64,000 nucleotides of DNA from Octopus vulgaris (lineage: Eukaryota), in assembly GCA_951406725.2 (NCBI GenBank), contig OX597828.1, positions 29,946,001 through 30,010,000 of the forward strand, given 5' to 3'. The translations under genes and the position numbers were made by a program. Under the pieces are notes generated by a model. The model was not told the DNA's origin. It made no database searches and was given only the letters and a program-made list of their open reading frames with translations. Below are positions 28,244-43,135 of this stretch, in pieces; position 1 is the first letter of the stretch, and each line of letters starts with the position of its first letter.

Positions 28244-31222
28244 TTTTTTTATTAATCACAAAGGATTTACATTAAGAAAAACATTATGGACAGTACAGGA
28301 CAAAACAAAGAATGTGCAAGTGTATGTGTGTGAATGTGTCTTGTCCTGAAGGTCTTGCTTGTAAACACGTTTAAAATGGAAAGGAAAATAAGAAAAAATG
28401 TAAGAAAATGTAAAAAAAAACACATCAAATTAACAATGTATAGCTCTCAGTAGAGAGGAGACGTTCGAGAGAGCTGCTCACGGAAAAAAAACCTCAAAAC
28501 CACGGGTACCTTGACTTCTGGGGCAGGTGCCTTTCCTCCTTTCCTTTTCTCCAGTTACAGGCGTCTGCTCAGGACAGGCCCGTTCACTTGCACCATTCTT
28601 GCCGCTTTCATACATCTTTCAACAAAATTGTATGGAAGACAACACTTCCCTCTTTCTCATTATTTTCCTCTTCAAGTGAAACTTCAAGTAGATCAAGGAT
28701 TAGCTACAGTGAAAAGCGTTTGTCTTCAGTCTCGTCGACCATACAACCTCTTTCGTCAAGGACTTCACTTCTGCGCCTATATAGTTTATCTCGAACAAGC
28801 AAACCACTACAGTAGCACTACTAGGCTAGATATTTTTGGTAGTTATCCATCGATCCGGGTCGAAGGATTTCTGGAAGAGAGCGGCCAGCTAATTTTCTTC
28901 GACGCCCAAGGATTTCTGAAGAACATCGTCGCACTTTCCCTCTATTAGTCCTCTATAGAAAGTTAAAGTGGACTGTCCACTATCGCAGTATCAATCTGGC
29001 TGAGGGCTGTGAGCACTTGAATACATTCCACTTTTCATAAGCCTTCTCTCGGTTTCTGTCTGACCCAGGACTACAGCTCCGTTAATAAGATCAGCTAGAG
29101 AAATACGCTTCCGGTGACTACGCATGTTCACTGTCAAAGAAGCACTGGATGTGCCGTAGCCTTAGCGCATGGCTGCGCATCTCCAACTACGGCAAGCCCA
29201 GGCCACCACTCTGAGGGTTTTGACAGCAGATAGACCATCTTACCATCGGGACTTGTCCTTTCCACAATAAACAGAGCCGTATACGTTCCAACGTAATCAG
29301 ACCGTGGCCGGGTCAAGGCATGACGGTCACGCGGTAGTAGATGACGGACGCGATGTACGAGTTAGCTGTCCGAGCTTTCAGGGATAGCTTTCTCTTAGTC
29401 CCATGATTTGTCCATATGAGGGTCCGAATCGAACATCGTTTTCTGTTGTTTGAACAATAACAATTTGTGTGTGTGTAGGTAGGGAGATTATGGTTATGAC
29501 AACATCTGTTTGTGTTATGGTGGTGTGTGTGCTTTTATGTCATTCATAAAATCTTCGTTTTTTGCGTTTATTGCCATGTCATAGTAGCTGTTCATGGTTG
29601 TTGTAGTTGCTGTTATTGTTGTTTAGGCTGTCATTGTTGTTGTTGTGGCTGCGTGAGTTGGATGGGTTGCGTTTGTGGTGTTGTTGGTTGAGGTAGTGCC
29701 TCAGGTGTTTGTCGTAGTGGTGGTAATACAGTGTCAATTTTGGCTGTACTCATCTTTGTTGTTTTCATTTTTCCCTTCTTCCCTGCCGATGTGGAAGAGA
29801 ATTGCGGCTGTGCGTCCATTGATCTGTTTTTCTTTTTGTCTTTCTTCATCCCTTTTTTGGCTTTTATCTTCTACTACTCATCGTGATCAGACTCTCCACA
29901 TGTGATTCCGTTCGCTCGACATAAGGAAGTGGAACATCTTCCGGTGCTCTGTAGTTTTTTAGGCAACTTGGTGACGGTATGGCTGGTATTGGTGCTGCTG
30001 CAGCTGATGCTGCTGATGGTGGTGTTGCTGATGCTGTCGTCGCTCGAGTTCTGGTGGATTCTGTTGGTGCTTGGAGGAGAGAATCCTTGCTCGCTTTTTC
30101 TCTCAGTCTAGGGCAGAAAGCTTTTAGGTAAGTGGTTGAAAGGCATATTTGGCATTTTGCTTTCCTTCGATCCGCTTTGAGTGTAATGTTGCTGATTCCA
30201 GGCAGATGGATTTAGTCTGGGATGACATCCACATCATCATTTTACGTTATTTGGATGAGGAGTTCTATCGTCATCCCGGACCACTTGTCCTTTTCGCTCT
30301 GATAGACTTCGAGGATTTTCAAGTTTTCCTCGATGCCTGTTTTGACAGCAGAAATTAGACAAGCGATGGCTATTTCTAGCGATACTTATTTTACGATTAT
30401 CTTGGCCAGAGTCTGGCCGCAGTAGGAGGGGATCAACAACAGCTCCTCGCGTGTGAGTGGTTTGAGAGCGTGAGATTTTGCTTCTTCCTCTGTGTGGAAT
30501 CTCACCTCCACCATCCTGTAGCGCCTTCCTCTTTGCATGTACTCGTTTAGGTTCCGAACAGAACCTAAAGCCTTTTTTATTTGAGCCTCGGTGGATCTTC
30601 CCCCCAAATTGACTTTAAACCAATTGTGCGGTACGTCAATATGCGACATATCGTATTTTGGATAGTGTCGATGGGGGTCCTTTCCTTGACAACTAACCCA
30701 TCTCGATCGAATAGCCGTCTGACATTTCTAACTTCATCTTCATAGAATTTTATTCACTGAAATGCGGACTTGATAGTACTTGATAAAAGAAGTTTTGTTA
30801 TTCCAAGCCATTGCACCGGCTTTTTGCTTACTCCTTATGTCGTTGTTATCGCTGTTGTTGCTGCTACTATTTCTGATTGTCACCTCGGCTATTGTTGTTG
30901 TTGCTGTTGTTGTTTTCGTTTGATCTTGTGCTAACACCGTCTGCTGCTTCACACACAACAGGTCCTTTTTGCAGGAGTTATGTCGTTATCCTTCTCTTTG
31001 ATGCGCATGCAAATTAATGTTGTTGTAACTATAGCCGTATGTTTTTTGAAAGATTCTTTTTGAGATCTTTCTCGATGACAAAATGGCCCTTTTGTCATCT
31101 TTTAGCATGTTATCGAGAAAAACTGACTTAGCTATATTTGGAGACGCCATAGAGTCTCGTACTTGCACTATCCCTTGTTGACATTAATGACACTCCTCAC
31201 TCTCTTTCTTTCCCACTCTCAC
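28244..31222 (-). mobile_element. decayed, internally deleted L1/Tx1-like LINE (ORF1 plus ORF2 C-terminus, no EN/RT core)
   Basis: ORF1 remnant from ATG ~31150 with an RRM-like segment (QRGRRYRMVEVRF) and zinc knuckle CQICLSTTYLKAFC (30113-30154, H to Y). ORF2 post-RT motifs RKLSLKAR..NSYIASVIYYR, LLWKG.VPMVR, SGGLGLP, HALRLRH, LVRDKLYR and KEVVWSTRLK lie at ~28556-29440. The 3' end is aataaaaaaa at 28244-28253. Confidence 0.8.
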
Positions 31223-31651
31223 ATATGATCTTCACCGTATTATGCTGTGCTTTCTCCTTGTTAATGGGGAAACGCAAACAACTTTTCACTGAAAAATTAA
31301 TTCAGTTGACCTGTCCCCTAAAGCTGGGGGACAAAATAGGAGAAGAAACTCAACACTCGACAGAAATTAACTTGTTGTCCACGATGGTACAAACTTCAAG
31401 GTTTCAAATACACATATTATATGTTTTTACCATTGATAAACAAATAAATATTGTTGAAACTAGTTTAGTATATATGTAAATAAATGTATTTTAAACATTT
31501 ACGAGTTTTTGAAATTTAGGTGCATTTTCAAGAACACATTTTCCTATATATATATGTGTATATATATATATATATGCATGTATCTCTATCTCTCCTTCGG
31601 TCTCTCTCTTTCTAAACACACATATATATATATACATACATACATGCATAT

Positions 31652-31707
<56 letters not shown>

Positions 31708-32189
31708 TGAGAGCGAGAGAGAAAGAGATAGAGAGAGAAGGGGGAGACCGAGCAAATTGACGCAACACATTCATTGAGTGCATCATGTGTGCCTAAGTTG
31801 AACCGATATGGATTTTGGCATGGTGTGAAGGATATAAGCGTGTCTTAGAAGTAGAGGAGGGTGATCTGAAAAAGAGCGTGTGTGAAAAGGAAGGAAAGAT
31901 TAGATAAATGCGAGGAATTTCGTTTATGGTACGTGACAGTCTTATAATGAATTACGTGTCACGTACCGTCTTCGATTTGTTCGGTGATTGTTGCGGCCTT
32001 TCGTCAACGAGAGAAAAGACGAATAAAATAACGGTTTTATTTACCACAAGAGTATCACACGCAAAAAAAAAAGAACATACTAATAAACTATCTTTGATAA
32101 AACAGTCGTGTCTATGCAAAGGATGGAATTCAAGATAAGTACATTACTGTAGTATAAATTCTGTTTGTTTATGCATATATGTTATAAGA

Positions 32190-32578
32190 AGTGGAGGCGC
32201 AATGGCCCAGTGGTTAGGGCAGCGGACTCGCGGTCATAGGATCGCGGTTTCGATTCCCAGACCGGGTGTTGTGAGTGTTTATTGAGCGAAAACACTTAAA
32301 AGCTCCACGACGCTCCGGCAGGGGATGGTGGTGATCCCTGCTGTACTCTTTCACCACAACTTTCTCTCACTCTTACTTCCTGTTTCTGTTGTACCTGTAT
32401 TTCAAGGGGCCGGCCTTGTCACTCTCTGTATCACGCTGAATATCCCCGAGAACTACGTTAACGGTGCACGTGTCTGTGGAGTGCTCAGTCACTTACACGT
32501 TAATTTCACGAGCAGGCTGTTCCGTTGATTCGGATCAACCGGAACCCTCATCGTCGTAACCGACGGCGTGCTTCCTTC
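32190..32578 (+). mobile_element. full-length tRNA-derived SINE (second family)
   Basis: A box tggcccagtggtt, B box ggtttcgattccc. A 13-bp TSD atatgttataaga lies at 32177-32189 and 32579-32591. Confidence 0.92.
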
Positions 32579-35500
32579 ATATGTTATAAGATACAAACTG
32601 TATATCCGGTAATACTCACAGGAACACGTCCCTACGCACATCTATGCATACATGCACACCAATAGATATATACTTCCAAATACACACTAAAACATACGTG
32701 ATTATACATTTGAATTAATAACACCCAGCTTACCCAGATTGTCTCATGATTCATTCATTTACAAAACGCAAGGGCAACAATTCATATTGGCATAAATTTA
32801 CTGGCAAAATGTCGGTACAGATTCTTGAAGTTTCGAAGCCGTTGATTTTCGGAAAGATATTCACATCTGAAGGGGAGCTACTTCTATGAAGGTACATACT
32901 TTTTCTTGTCTGCACAAAACAACAATATACGGCTTCTTATTTTTGCTCCTGATATAAGTTTGGAAGGAACCGTCCCACCATTATTACTTGTGTTGTCCTC
33001 CGTGTATATATTCAGTAAGAGGGCGCCTTTATTTTTATCCCAGGACATCCTTTTTTGTAGATTGTATATCATTTAAGCGACACGTCGTGAGCGAGCGTTG
33101 GAGGCAGGGGGTGCGTGTGGAAGTTGCTTGATGATACTTTGGGGATACTGTTGGCTATATTTATATCTTCCACAGAAATGTGATATAATCGACATTTTCA
33201 GCATTAGGTTTATGTATTTAATTTTACCGCTGCCTTGTAGCAGGTGCTATCTGAGAACGATTATACGACATGTATGCACAATGTGTATGCATGTGTATGT
33301 ATAAATGTGTATGTATGAATATATATATATATAAGAGACAGAGACACAATGAAGTAGGGAGATAATGAGAGAGAGAGTGGGGACAGAAAGGGAAGATAGA
33401 GAAAGCATCCCTCACGATAAATTCGAATACCGACTCTTCCAGTTTTCAGTGAATGGAAATTCTTTTATAATTTGTGGGTGTGTGTGTGTGAGTGTGGTGA
33501 ATATATACATGGATAATTATTCGATTAAGACACTTAACATAATCCTAAGGCAAGATCCATCGGGAAGGCAGACTGTGTCAGAAACTTTGCGTTCTTGTCC
33601 GTGTATGCGGCTTCATTTAAAATGTAAAGTTATTTCTCTGATTGGTGGCTATGGTGAAAGTTGTAGATTGCACGCTGAGACCGAGCATACGTTTTCCGTC
33701 GCAAAACGAAACCTCATCATCAGCTTCAATTAGTACCTGTAGCGAATGGTGGCGGCGCTGTGGCAGCGACAATTTCAATTATTATTTGAATTAATAGTTA
33801 ATAATTTTTACTTCTATCAAATATATAATCATTCGAACCATTAGAACATATATATTCTTTTCAATTAAGTATTTCATATTAAATAGAATCATACTTAATT
33901 TTTATATCATAACCAATTAATTTCATTTTACTATACATTTTACACACATGCAATGTGGAAAAATCAATGAAATAGCTTTTGATAACTGTTAATAATGATT
34001 CTATGATGTTACTCTCCGATAATTAATCGTATTCTGTTCTTTAAAAATGTTGTAATGTATTTGTAATATATTCATTATCGGCATTAAATGAGTGGATTCT
34101 ATATGGTTTTGAGTGTTAATTGGAGCCGCTGACCTTCAGATAATTTTCTTCTGTCTTTTTTTCTCTAGTTATCCATCTCTCTAATTGCTTTCAGACTTTC
34201 TATCACTCTATGTGCGCATGTTTGTATGGTTATGTATGTATGCACATTTGTTTCTATAAACTGTATGCATGTATAAATAGATGAGGAGGCATAGATATAC
34301 ATATACACAGGCAAGTGTGTCAATGTATATAACTAGTAACACTACATGTATCGTATCATATATTATCATATATACCTAGTATTTATATATATATATATAT
34401 ATGCGCTGGGAGGGATGTATGTAATATATATGTATGTGTATGTGTGAGCGCATAGAAATTTATAGTGCATATATGAATACATACAACCATGGATAGACAT
34501 TCCACATACACGCACACACACGCACACTCTCTCTCTCTCTCTCTCTCTCTCACGCACACACACAAATATACACAAGCTCACACAGATTTATGCCATACAT
34601 GTTGCAATGTTTTAGAAATGTATTAAATGAATGCACGGATGGGAGATTTTCTTTCATGTCTAGTGAAATACGCTCGTTCTCTCCGTATAAACCAAATCTC
34701 AAAATGGGTGAAATGCTGAAGATAAAGGAAAATGAAATAAATATAAAATACATTAAACACACTGTCAAAGCCTTCTGATTCGGTGACAAAAATATAAACA
34801 TTAGTTTAGTTGAAGAGTTTAAGATTAAAAGGAACCAAAGTTAAAGGTAATTTACTACTGGTTATCGTACTACTGGTTATCGAGCTTTTCAATGAATATA
34901 CAAATGTAAAGATGAAACACAGTTCTGCAACCCAGGAGAGATGTTAAATGTTTGCAATTTCATTTGCACTGAATATATATTTACAAGGAGTGAAATATTT
35001 TCATTACATTTTTTTTTTAGTCTATTCCATTTATTTCTATATTTTATTAATTTCCTTTTTTACTATTTTTTTTTTTTTCAGTTTCAGCTTTCATATTATT
35101 TACTGTCGAATGATTTCAACATTTCTAAAAAGTTCCATTCTGATGATATCCATATATCATTAAGGATTATTGATTTTTATCTAATGTTTATTTATGTATT
35201 TTTGTTCCTGTTGTGTGTTTTAATTTTTGGTTTAGATCACGATTTAGATATCGAAATTCAATCAGTTTTCTAGCTTGATTTTGTTTCTTCATTCTGTTTT
35301 ATATTTATTTATTTTTCCTTTACTCAATATTAAATGTAGTGACTTTCGATGAATAAGTACAAACCCAATCTTTTTAAACGAATAAAACTAGCTGGTTTGG
35401 TTGATGCATGCTAATATATTACTGGTATTTAATTTAGGAAACATTTAGAAAATTGAATTTAAAATAGATTTAACAGTTTTAGATTATAATTCAAGAATAT

Positions 35501-36869
35501 CTACATTTCCGACATTTTCAGACGCCTACATGTTTCTGGTCATATATATAATCGATTAAATTGATCCTAGAATTTGATTGATTGTAAATGGCGAAAAGTA
35601 AGAATTCAAAGGAGAATAACTAAACACTGCAATGCAGTTTGTCTGATTTTGTAATGATTCGCTCAGTAATCCATTACCAGAAAATTGTGATAAGAACGTG
35701 CCATGTTGGTCATGTGGACAGCTTAAATTCTATAGTAAAAGTGCATCGGTAATTTTCTTATTTTACTCAAGGACATCGTTTTTTTTAGGTTGTCACATAT
35801 TTAAGCTTAAATTTTATTCACAAGGAACTAGCTTAGTATCATCAATGAAGATCTTTTTCAGGATTATACTTTATCATATCTAAGTATTAACAGATAACGA
35901 TTGGCCTCCTCGATTAGAATAAATTGTACAATTGTTGGTAAATACCAGTAATATATGCTACCAGGGGACACTTCAAGATGTCGCTCGACATTTTGAATTC
36001 GAAAAACAATGTAAATAACAAAAACAAAACAAACATCTTCGAAAAACATTTACCATTCAAAAATAGAAAAACACTTTCGGTAGCAATTTTCCTAAAGACT
36101 TTTTTAAAGTCTGCGTCGGTGTATTTGATATTTTTTAGTTGCTTAACCAAGCTTGAACTGATCATCCTCAAATCACATTGTACAGTTTAAAAAACAAAGG
36201 AAATAGCCAGCGTTATATTTGTAGAAAGACGATATGGAAATTGCTGGAATGCTTTTGAACATAGGTCTACTGGATAAGGGTTGGCCTCGGACTAACAACA
36301 ACAACAACACCGGTAACAACAATATCAGCTGTAACAGAACAAGATACTGTTCGTTTCTGTTACAGTTGCTCGTTACAACTGTAACAGAAACGACAGCATT
36401 GACAAGAAATACAAAAACTCTTCACGAACTTCTAGAAATAGAAAACAAAACTTGTACAGACATCTTTCAGCCCAGCTATATCAAAGATATAAAGATGTAA
36501 TGCATTTATATCTGCAAACAATATATCAAAACGAAATATAACATATCCAGCTGTGTCGTGAATTTTCTGATATCGAAATTATTCTTTAAAAATGAATATC
36601 TCTGAGTATTGTTCAGATGAACATTGTCATATGATTTATAAAGTTTATTTGGGCGCTGAATCGAGAAGAGGAAGATCAATAAAGAAGCGGAAGTAAGTGT
36701 CTTACAATTTCTTCTTTAATCTTAGTGAACTAAACTCCTGCTGTTACAGTTTTTCTTTCATTCATTTAGGGTCGATAAAGTATGCAGCGGGAGCATGCTG
36801 AGTATATTCTTTACCTAACTGATCAGCTCCTCTAAATCTGCCCCCACTCTCATTCTATCTCACTGCCTG

Positions 36870-37220
<351 letters not shown>

Positions 37221-37329
37221 GTACTTATGTGCACATCTAGCCACGTACACAACCATACACATTTCAGTCTCTCCACATCCGTTCTCTCTCTCTCTCAGTC
37301 GGTCTCTGTCTCTGTCTGCATATAATCAC

Positions 37330-37530
37330 TGATCACAATGCGCTTTAACTCGTTCTGGCCTTGCAATGACGCTATCAGGTTGGGCAGGTTAGCGGGCCAA
37401 AACTTCCCCCCGATCGAAAGAGAGACTGCAGCAACGTAGTAAATGAAGTGTTTTGACCCAGAACACAACGTGCCGGTAGGTCTGGGAATCGAACCCACGT
37501 TAGGTAACAATCTCTAACCACTAATCCCCG
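37330..37530 (-). mobile_element. decayed tRNA-derived CORE-like SINE
   Basis: Reverse complement reads tagtggttagag...gggttcgattccc...gttgtgttctgggtcaaaacacttcattt..cgttgctgcagtc. Confidence 0.7.
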
Positions 37531-37570
37531 ATCTTTCACGATTATACATACACACACACACACACTACAA

Positions 37571-37634
<64 letters not shown>

Positions 37635-37835
37635 GTACATACATACATGCATACATATATATATATTCATATATACATATATATAAATATATTTTAATTT
37701 TAAATTTAAATAATTTAAATTTTTAAATTTTATATTTTATATATTTTGTATATTATATTAATTATTTTTATTTTTATGTTTTGTTTATGTTTTTCACTGT
37801 TTGATTTGCCTAATAGTCGTTTTATCTCTAATTTA

Positions 37836-37877
<42 letters not shown>

Positions 37878-37880
<3 letters not shown>

Positions 37881-38182
37881 ATTTTTGTATTTATATTCGT
37901 GTAACATTGTCTGTTTTTCCGTCCTTGTTTTCGTATACATTCGATGCTTTCTTCCTAGGAATCTAATGGTCTTAGCTTAGTTTTTCCTGGGGCTGGCCAG
38001 ATTGGAGCAATCTCAAGGCTAATCAGCCGAAATTGCGAGGATGATCCGGTTTGTGAATAAAGATAAAAAGGCTTCGAATGACCCGTCCTTGTTGTTTGTA
38101 TCGTCTATCTGGATGTTTTGTTGTCACTTTTTGTATCACCTAGTTGTCTTCATCTTTTGTGTTCTTGTCCCATTTTGTATGT

Positions 38183-38185
<3 letters not shown>
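37878..38185 (+). mobile_element. ~310-bp non-coding interspersed repeat inserted in (TA)n
   Basis: Homologous in inverted orientation to 59690-60020 (gtgtaacatt, cattcg.tgctttcttcc, cttagcttag, cgaatg..ccgtcct). Confidence 0.7.
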
Positions 38186-38230
<45 letters not shown>

Positions 38231-38625
38231 TGGCTGTCTTATGAGCAATTAGAACCTAAAGGCAAAATTAATACAAGTCACAAAAGTGACCGAGTGTACT
38301 GACTAGAATCACAATTGGTAGAAAGAAGCGTTGGAACAACTTTGTGGCTTTTGGGTTGCTTTAACGCTTCTTTCTAGCAATAGGATTACTAGTGAGTACC
38401 CTCGGTCACAGTTGTGACTTCTCTCTTTCTCTTTATCTCTCTCTCTCTTTCTCTCTCTCACTGTATATATATATATATATATATACACACTTCTTTAATG
38501 GTGAGGTTTATTTCATTTTTTACTCGGTTAGGTCTTTCCATTCATTTACGATAAGGTTTGCATTTAACTCGTTGTTTTATCATGGCAACCGAATAATTGT
38601 CACATACTATATTTACATATATATA

Positions 38626-38673
<48 letters not shown>

Positions 38674-39129
38674 TATATACACACATATAAATACATATAC
38701 ATATATATATATACATGTATGTATATATATATGCATATATATATATATATTTGTATATTTATGTCTGAATGCATATATGTATATGACATATACTATTTAT
38801 CTAATAAATAATATATAAATCTATCCATACATATACGCGTGTATGTAGTGTGTGAGTAGGCGTATATGAAGTTCGGGGCATTAGCTATGCGAATGATTTA
38901 TTTGAAATCACGATCCCTTCATCAATGCAACCATCAAATATATCTCTTAAATCACAAACTTTTTCCGTCTTTGAAACCTTGCACGATGACACAAGATCAT
39001 CTCCCTCTCCATTTGTTGTTGCCCATTCTACATTTACACACACACACACACACTCACACATGCACACATACACACACAAAAAAAGTATTATCTTATGGGA
39101 GAAATAATGATTTCCTATCACCTCGTGTG

Positions 39130-39910
39130 ATGCCTGGATATGTTTTCATGAATAGGAATACTTTTATGGAGTGTTCCCTAGCTTATTGAGGATTAATAAT
39201 GATGTCAAATTGGATAATATTTGCATTCATCTTTCCGTTTGACGTCATTGATCCGCTCATTAATTGCCGCCTAGACTCTTTTATCTTTCTGTTGGTTTTA
39301 TGTAGCATACACTACTAACTTTACCGAAATCACTATTTACCGGTGTAATAAACCTGAATCTGTCGAGGTTGTCGAAATTGTTTTATGATCATTTGCAAAG
39401 GTTTCTTTTTTCTAGCAATATATACTTTAGTTCCTATTGGATGTTGTATTTTATGGTTATAAGTTGTTCTCTATTCTTGATTTGTATATTTTCTGTAATA
39501 TAAAGGAAACCAACAACCAATTTGTCGTGTTATTGTGTAAGATACTTAGTTTTATTTCCTAATATCGTAGAAGTTTCTTTCTAATCAAAAACTATACACA
39601 GGTTTTTAGAGAATTTTATATAACATATATATAACATTTTTTCTCTTTTGGGGTTCTATATTTTCCACAGGAACCAAGAAATTATATTCGTAAAAATCTT
39701 AGTAGAAGACCATAATAACGCTCTGTCACTTGTACAGAAAACATCCAAATTATAACAAGGACAGAAATCCAGCTACTTCCCGGCTCTATTAGTAGCATCA
39801 AATTCCATCTTTTGAATCTTAAAGTTGAATACTTCTCCATGCAAGGAATATAATGAATATCATTTGGCATCTTTGAACGAAAGATTTTTTTTGTAAAGAT
39901 GTTCACCTCT
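39130..39910 (-). pseudogene. highly decayed Penelope-like RT N-terminal remnant
   Basis: Minus strand gives ...KDECK-IQFDII.NP, resembling the PLE RT motif FIQFDIxxFYPSI, plus weak upstream similarity. Many stops. Confidence 0.4.
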
Positions 39911-39987
39911 TCGCTATTTCTTTACAATCAAACACGTATATAATCGATCCTGTAACGCTGCAGACAAGAAACTTGTAAATAAGATCC

Positions 39988-40352
<365 letters not shown>

Positions 40353-40594
40353 CTATGTCTGTCTCTCTCTCTATGTCTGTATGTCTGTCTGTCTCTCTGT
40401 CCATGTGTCCGTTCTTCTCACTGGCTATTTATCTATTTCACTCTCTAGTTCTTTGCATATTTAACTTTTGCAACTTTACTTGCACACTCGATACATATGC
40501 AGACACGAACTTAACGATGAACTGCGAAGAAAAGCTGGTAAATCTTACCAAATCATGCATAACAGCTATATTGATATACGTAAGCTTAGTTGCG

Positions 40595-40625
<31 letters not shown>

Positions 40626-40686
40626 GTATGTATATAGGGCAAAAGCCCACTTCGTTCACGTATGAGAATGGCATTGCAACTCGTTA

Positions 40687-40880
40687 GTTACCCTCTGAGG
40701 CAAAAGTGCGGGCAATGTTATTTATGGAAGACCAGCAGTCACCCATGCATACCGGCCTCTTCTCTCCACGCAACCGATGTTATCGAAAGACCGATGCAAC
40801 TTGGCACCAGTAATGTCGCAACTCATTTCTGCAGTTGAGTGAACTGAACTAATGTGGAATTAAGAACGCATACACGAGAT
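40687..40880 (-). mobile_element. partial copy of the 3894-4235 SINE family
   Basis: ttaccctctga...accagcagtcacccatgcataccggcctc...ctccacg...cttggcacc...gtcgcaactc...tgagtgaactg is the reverse complement of ~4010-4190. Confidence 0.85.
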
Positions 40881-41080
40881 TATAAAAACACAAATTTCAC
40901 AACTTGCGAAGTAAACACGCTGATGTCACTTGGCACACTGCCTCATCAAGGCCACTGCTACCTCTCACTGCGCATCCAATCCCGTGCTGCCATCTGTTGA
41001 TGCGCTACAGGACTTGTTCGGGAAATTTTGACACCACCTCTTAAAAGCGTATTATATGAACACACATATACACACACGCA

Positions 41081-41931
41081 TTATCATTTGAAGAATAGGC
41101 AATAAAGCTTAGTTCAAACCATACAACTGTTCATCGTCATCTTCAACAACTTGGAAAGGTTGCTAAACTTGGAAAATGGGTACCTCATGAATTGTCCAAA
41201 AGCAACTGCAAATCCCGAGTTGACATCTACTCTTCTCTCCATTCTCGCGAACTCATTTCACCCTTTTTCGATAGACTTGTGACTGGTGACGAAAAATGGA
41301 TCTTCTATCGAAATGTTAAACGTGGTAAACAATGCCTTGGTAAAAGGGAAAAATCTCAACCACAACCGAGAAGGGAACTTCATGGGAAAAAGGTTCTTCT
41401 CCCTATCTGGTGGGATTGCAAAGGAGTAATTCACTTTGAATTGTTACCACCTAATGCAACAATCAGTGCTCAAGTCTACTGTCAGCAATTAGAGCGTTTC
41501 AACCAAGCTTTGAAGAAAAAAAGGATCCGCTTTAGTGAATCGAAAAGGATTGATGTTTCATCGGAACAATGCGTGACCCCACAGCGTAAAGATCACATCA
41601 CAGAAGAGCTTGGTTGAGAAAAAATTCCATATCCATCTTATTCTCCCGACCTTCCTCCTTCACACTACCATTTGATTCGTAGTTTACAGAATCATTTGGG
41701 AAACATTACTTTTGCAAGCCAGAAGGATGTCTAAACTGACATTTCAGAATTCTTCGCATTGAAGCCAAAAGAGTTTTACATTGATGGGATTAAAAGGCTT
41801 GTAAATAGATGGAAGGAAGTCATAGATAATCAGGGGAAGTACATTGATGATTAAATTTCAATTAAATATAACATTTGATCACTCGTTTTCTTTATTCAAA
41901 ATTCGGACAGAACTTATGTGATGACCTGATA
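41081..41931 (+). mobile_element. 5'-truncated mariner (Tc1/mariner) transposon remnant
   Basis: WVPHEL, LVTGDEKW, KVLLPIWWDCKGVIHFELL and HPSYSPDLPPSHYHL, with frameshifts. Stop at ~41854. The right TIR-like end gaacttatgtgatgacctga is followed by TA. Confidence 0.92.
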
Positions 41932-41939
41932 CATATAAT

Positions 41940-42085
41940 GCCCGTCTGTCTTTACATTTTGAGTTCAAATTTCGTCGAGGTCGACTCTGCCTTTTATTCT
42001 TTCTGGGTTGCTAAATACGTACCAGTTGAATACTGGGGTCTATGTAATCGATTCCCCCTCTCCCGAGCCTATATATTTGTTATAC
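41940..42085 (+). mobile_element. 5'-truncated Meta-domain-type SINE
   Basis: gagttcaaatttcgtcgaggtcgactctgcctttta...gtaccagttgaatactggggtc. Confidence 0.75.
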
Positions 42086-42150
42086 AGAACTCTGCAGGTT
42101 TAGACAAACACGCACACACACACACACACACACACGCACACACACACACC

Positions 42151-42192
<42 letters not shown>

Positions 42193-42230
42193 CACAATCA
42201 TACACATATACATGTTATAAGTATACTTTC

Positions 42231-42287
<57 letters not shown>

Positions 42288-42932
42288 GTGTGTGTGTATG
42301 TGTGTATGTGTGTGTATGCTTGCGTGCATGAATACTTAGCGTTATTAAGTAGAGATAGAGGGACAGAGATGTAAAACATAAGAGTAAATGTGATAACTAG
42401 GACTTGGACTCCAGCTTTCCAAAAACGAGACATCAAGGCGTCCAATTATATTTTATCAAACAATACAACGGAATTAGGCAGTCAGATCGCCTACACTCTC
42501 ATTGATACGCGTATCTGGACGAAAAAAAGAACACTAAAAGAAAAACAAAAACAAAAACAACTGGTACTACTGCCACTGTGACTGAGCGATGGCCGGCACG
42601 ATATTACGGAATAGCGAGAATTTGAATGAATATGAGAGATGGTGGGGAAACGAACGTGGGAAGGAGGCAAATAGAGTGAGAGAGATACAGAGAGAGAGAG
42701 AGAGAGAAAGAAAGGGAGAAGAATGCAAGCAAATGTTTGTGATCCTCTGTCCAATATGAAATAAGATTTTCACAGTGAAAAAAAGAAGGAAACAATGAAC
42801 AACGTCGAGAGTAACACAAATATGAGTCAAAAGAAATAAAAAAAAGCACATTTGATGAAGTGCAAAATTTCTTAATAGAAAAAAGATAATGCCTCAAAAG
42901 AAGAGATAATAGAAGGGATCGATAAAATAAGG

Positions 42933-42966
<34 letters not shown>

Positions 42967-43092
42967 GTGAGTGAGAGAGAGTAAGAGAGAGGGTGATTGA
43001 AAGGGAGAAAGAGAGGAAGTGAGAGGGTGATTGAAAGGGAGGAAGTGGGGAAGAGAGAGGATGATTGAAAGAGAGAGAGACAGAGGAAGAGA

Positions 43093-43135
<43 letters not shown>

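Noticed and set aside
28511-28948. 145-aa plus-strand ORF
   Set aside because: Antisense shadow of the minus-strand Tx1-like ORF2 remnant.
33683-33730. Minus-strand ctgatga...gaaaacgta, hammerhead-like words
   Set aside because: Stems I and II do not pair convincingly.
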